Positions 63,680 through 64,000 of a stretch of 64,000 bases of DNA are shown here, one piece after another (the first letter of the stretch is position 1; each line of letters starts with the position of its first letter). The position numbers and the translations under genes are program-made. The notes beneath the pieces are model-generated. The model was not told where the DNA came from. It did not search any database and saw only the letters and a list, made by a program, of their open reading frames with translations. Source of the stretch: Basidiobolus meristosporus CBS 931.73 (Eukaryota > Fungi > Basidiobolomycota); contig MCFE01000029.1 of assembly GCA_002104905.1 (NCBI GenBank), positions 62,001 through 126,000 of the forward strand. Reading direction: 5' to 3'.

Positions 63680-64000
63680 ATGTACATTACCCATTATATG
63701 TGTATCTACCGGGTAGATAGATATCAACGGCGCATCTTTAGTACTTTAATTCTTAAAATCACCTTGTCCTGAATGTACAACACATCTTTCCGCATCCAAA
63801 CCTGCTACCTTGAATTACTTATCAGGACTTCCTTTTCTTATGCTCTCAGACCATTTCACCATCTCTCTTCCATATTGTTTATGTACTCATCCTTTCCTGT
63901 ACTATTACATGATTTTCGAATTGTAATACGGACCCGTATAGAAACAATTTATAAATTCGTTGTTAGATATAACCTCGAGACCTGACGGCTTACTGATTGA

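Noticed and set aside
63227-63727. Long antisense and alternate-frame ORFs over DNAJC7 (and 47712-48125 over the LPMO repeat)
   Set aside because: They are shadows of Gly- or Pro-rich codon usage in the real genes.

Overview
Eukaryotic, intron-rich fungal DNA; gene content and short GT-AG introns suggest an early-diverging fungus, possibly Zoopagomycota/Basidiobolus-like (inference only). The window has two compartments. (1) Positions 1 to ~21,400 are a strongly CpG-depleted island of nested transposons. It holds CMC/CACTA-type (Tnp2-like) DNA transposons inserted into one another, two full-length Ty1/copia elements of one family with a tRNA-iMet half-molecule primer site, a solo LTR of that family, two unrelated solo LTRs and a 211-bp MITE. 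(2) Positions ~21,400 to 64,000 are CpG-normal and gene-dense: a decayed Ty3 relic, a tandem-PH protein, a Cid1-family nucleotidyltransferase, a serpin, an orphan membrane protein, an AidB-like acyl-CoA dehydrogenase, a rhomboid pseudoprotease with PY motifs, a secreted group XII-like PLA2, a SPO16/SCRE-like meiotic gene that the ORF track only catches in fragments, a tyrosinase, an AA11 LPMO, SLU7, an AIM17/GBBH-like dioxygenase, HOM6, a PPS1-like phosphatase, a GNAT, SNX3 and DNAJC7. Exon structures were assembled by eye and no database searches were run. No rRNA, tRNA or CRISPR array was seen.
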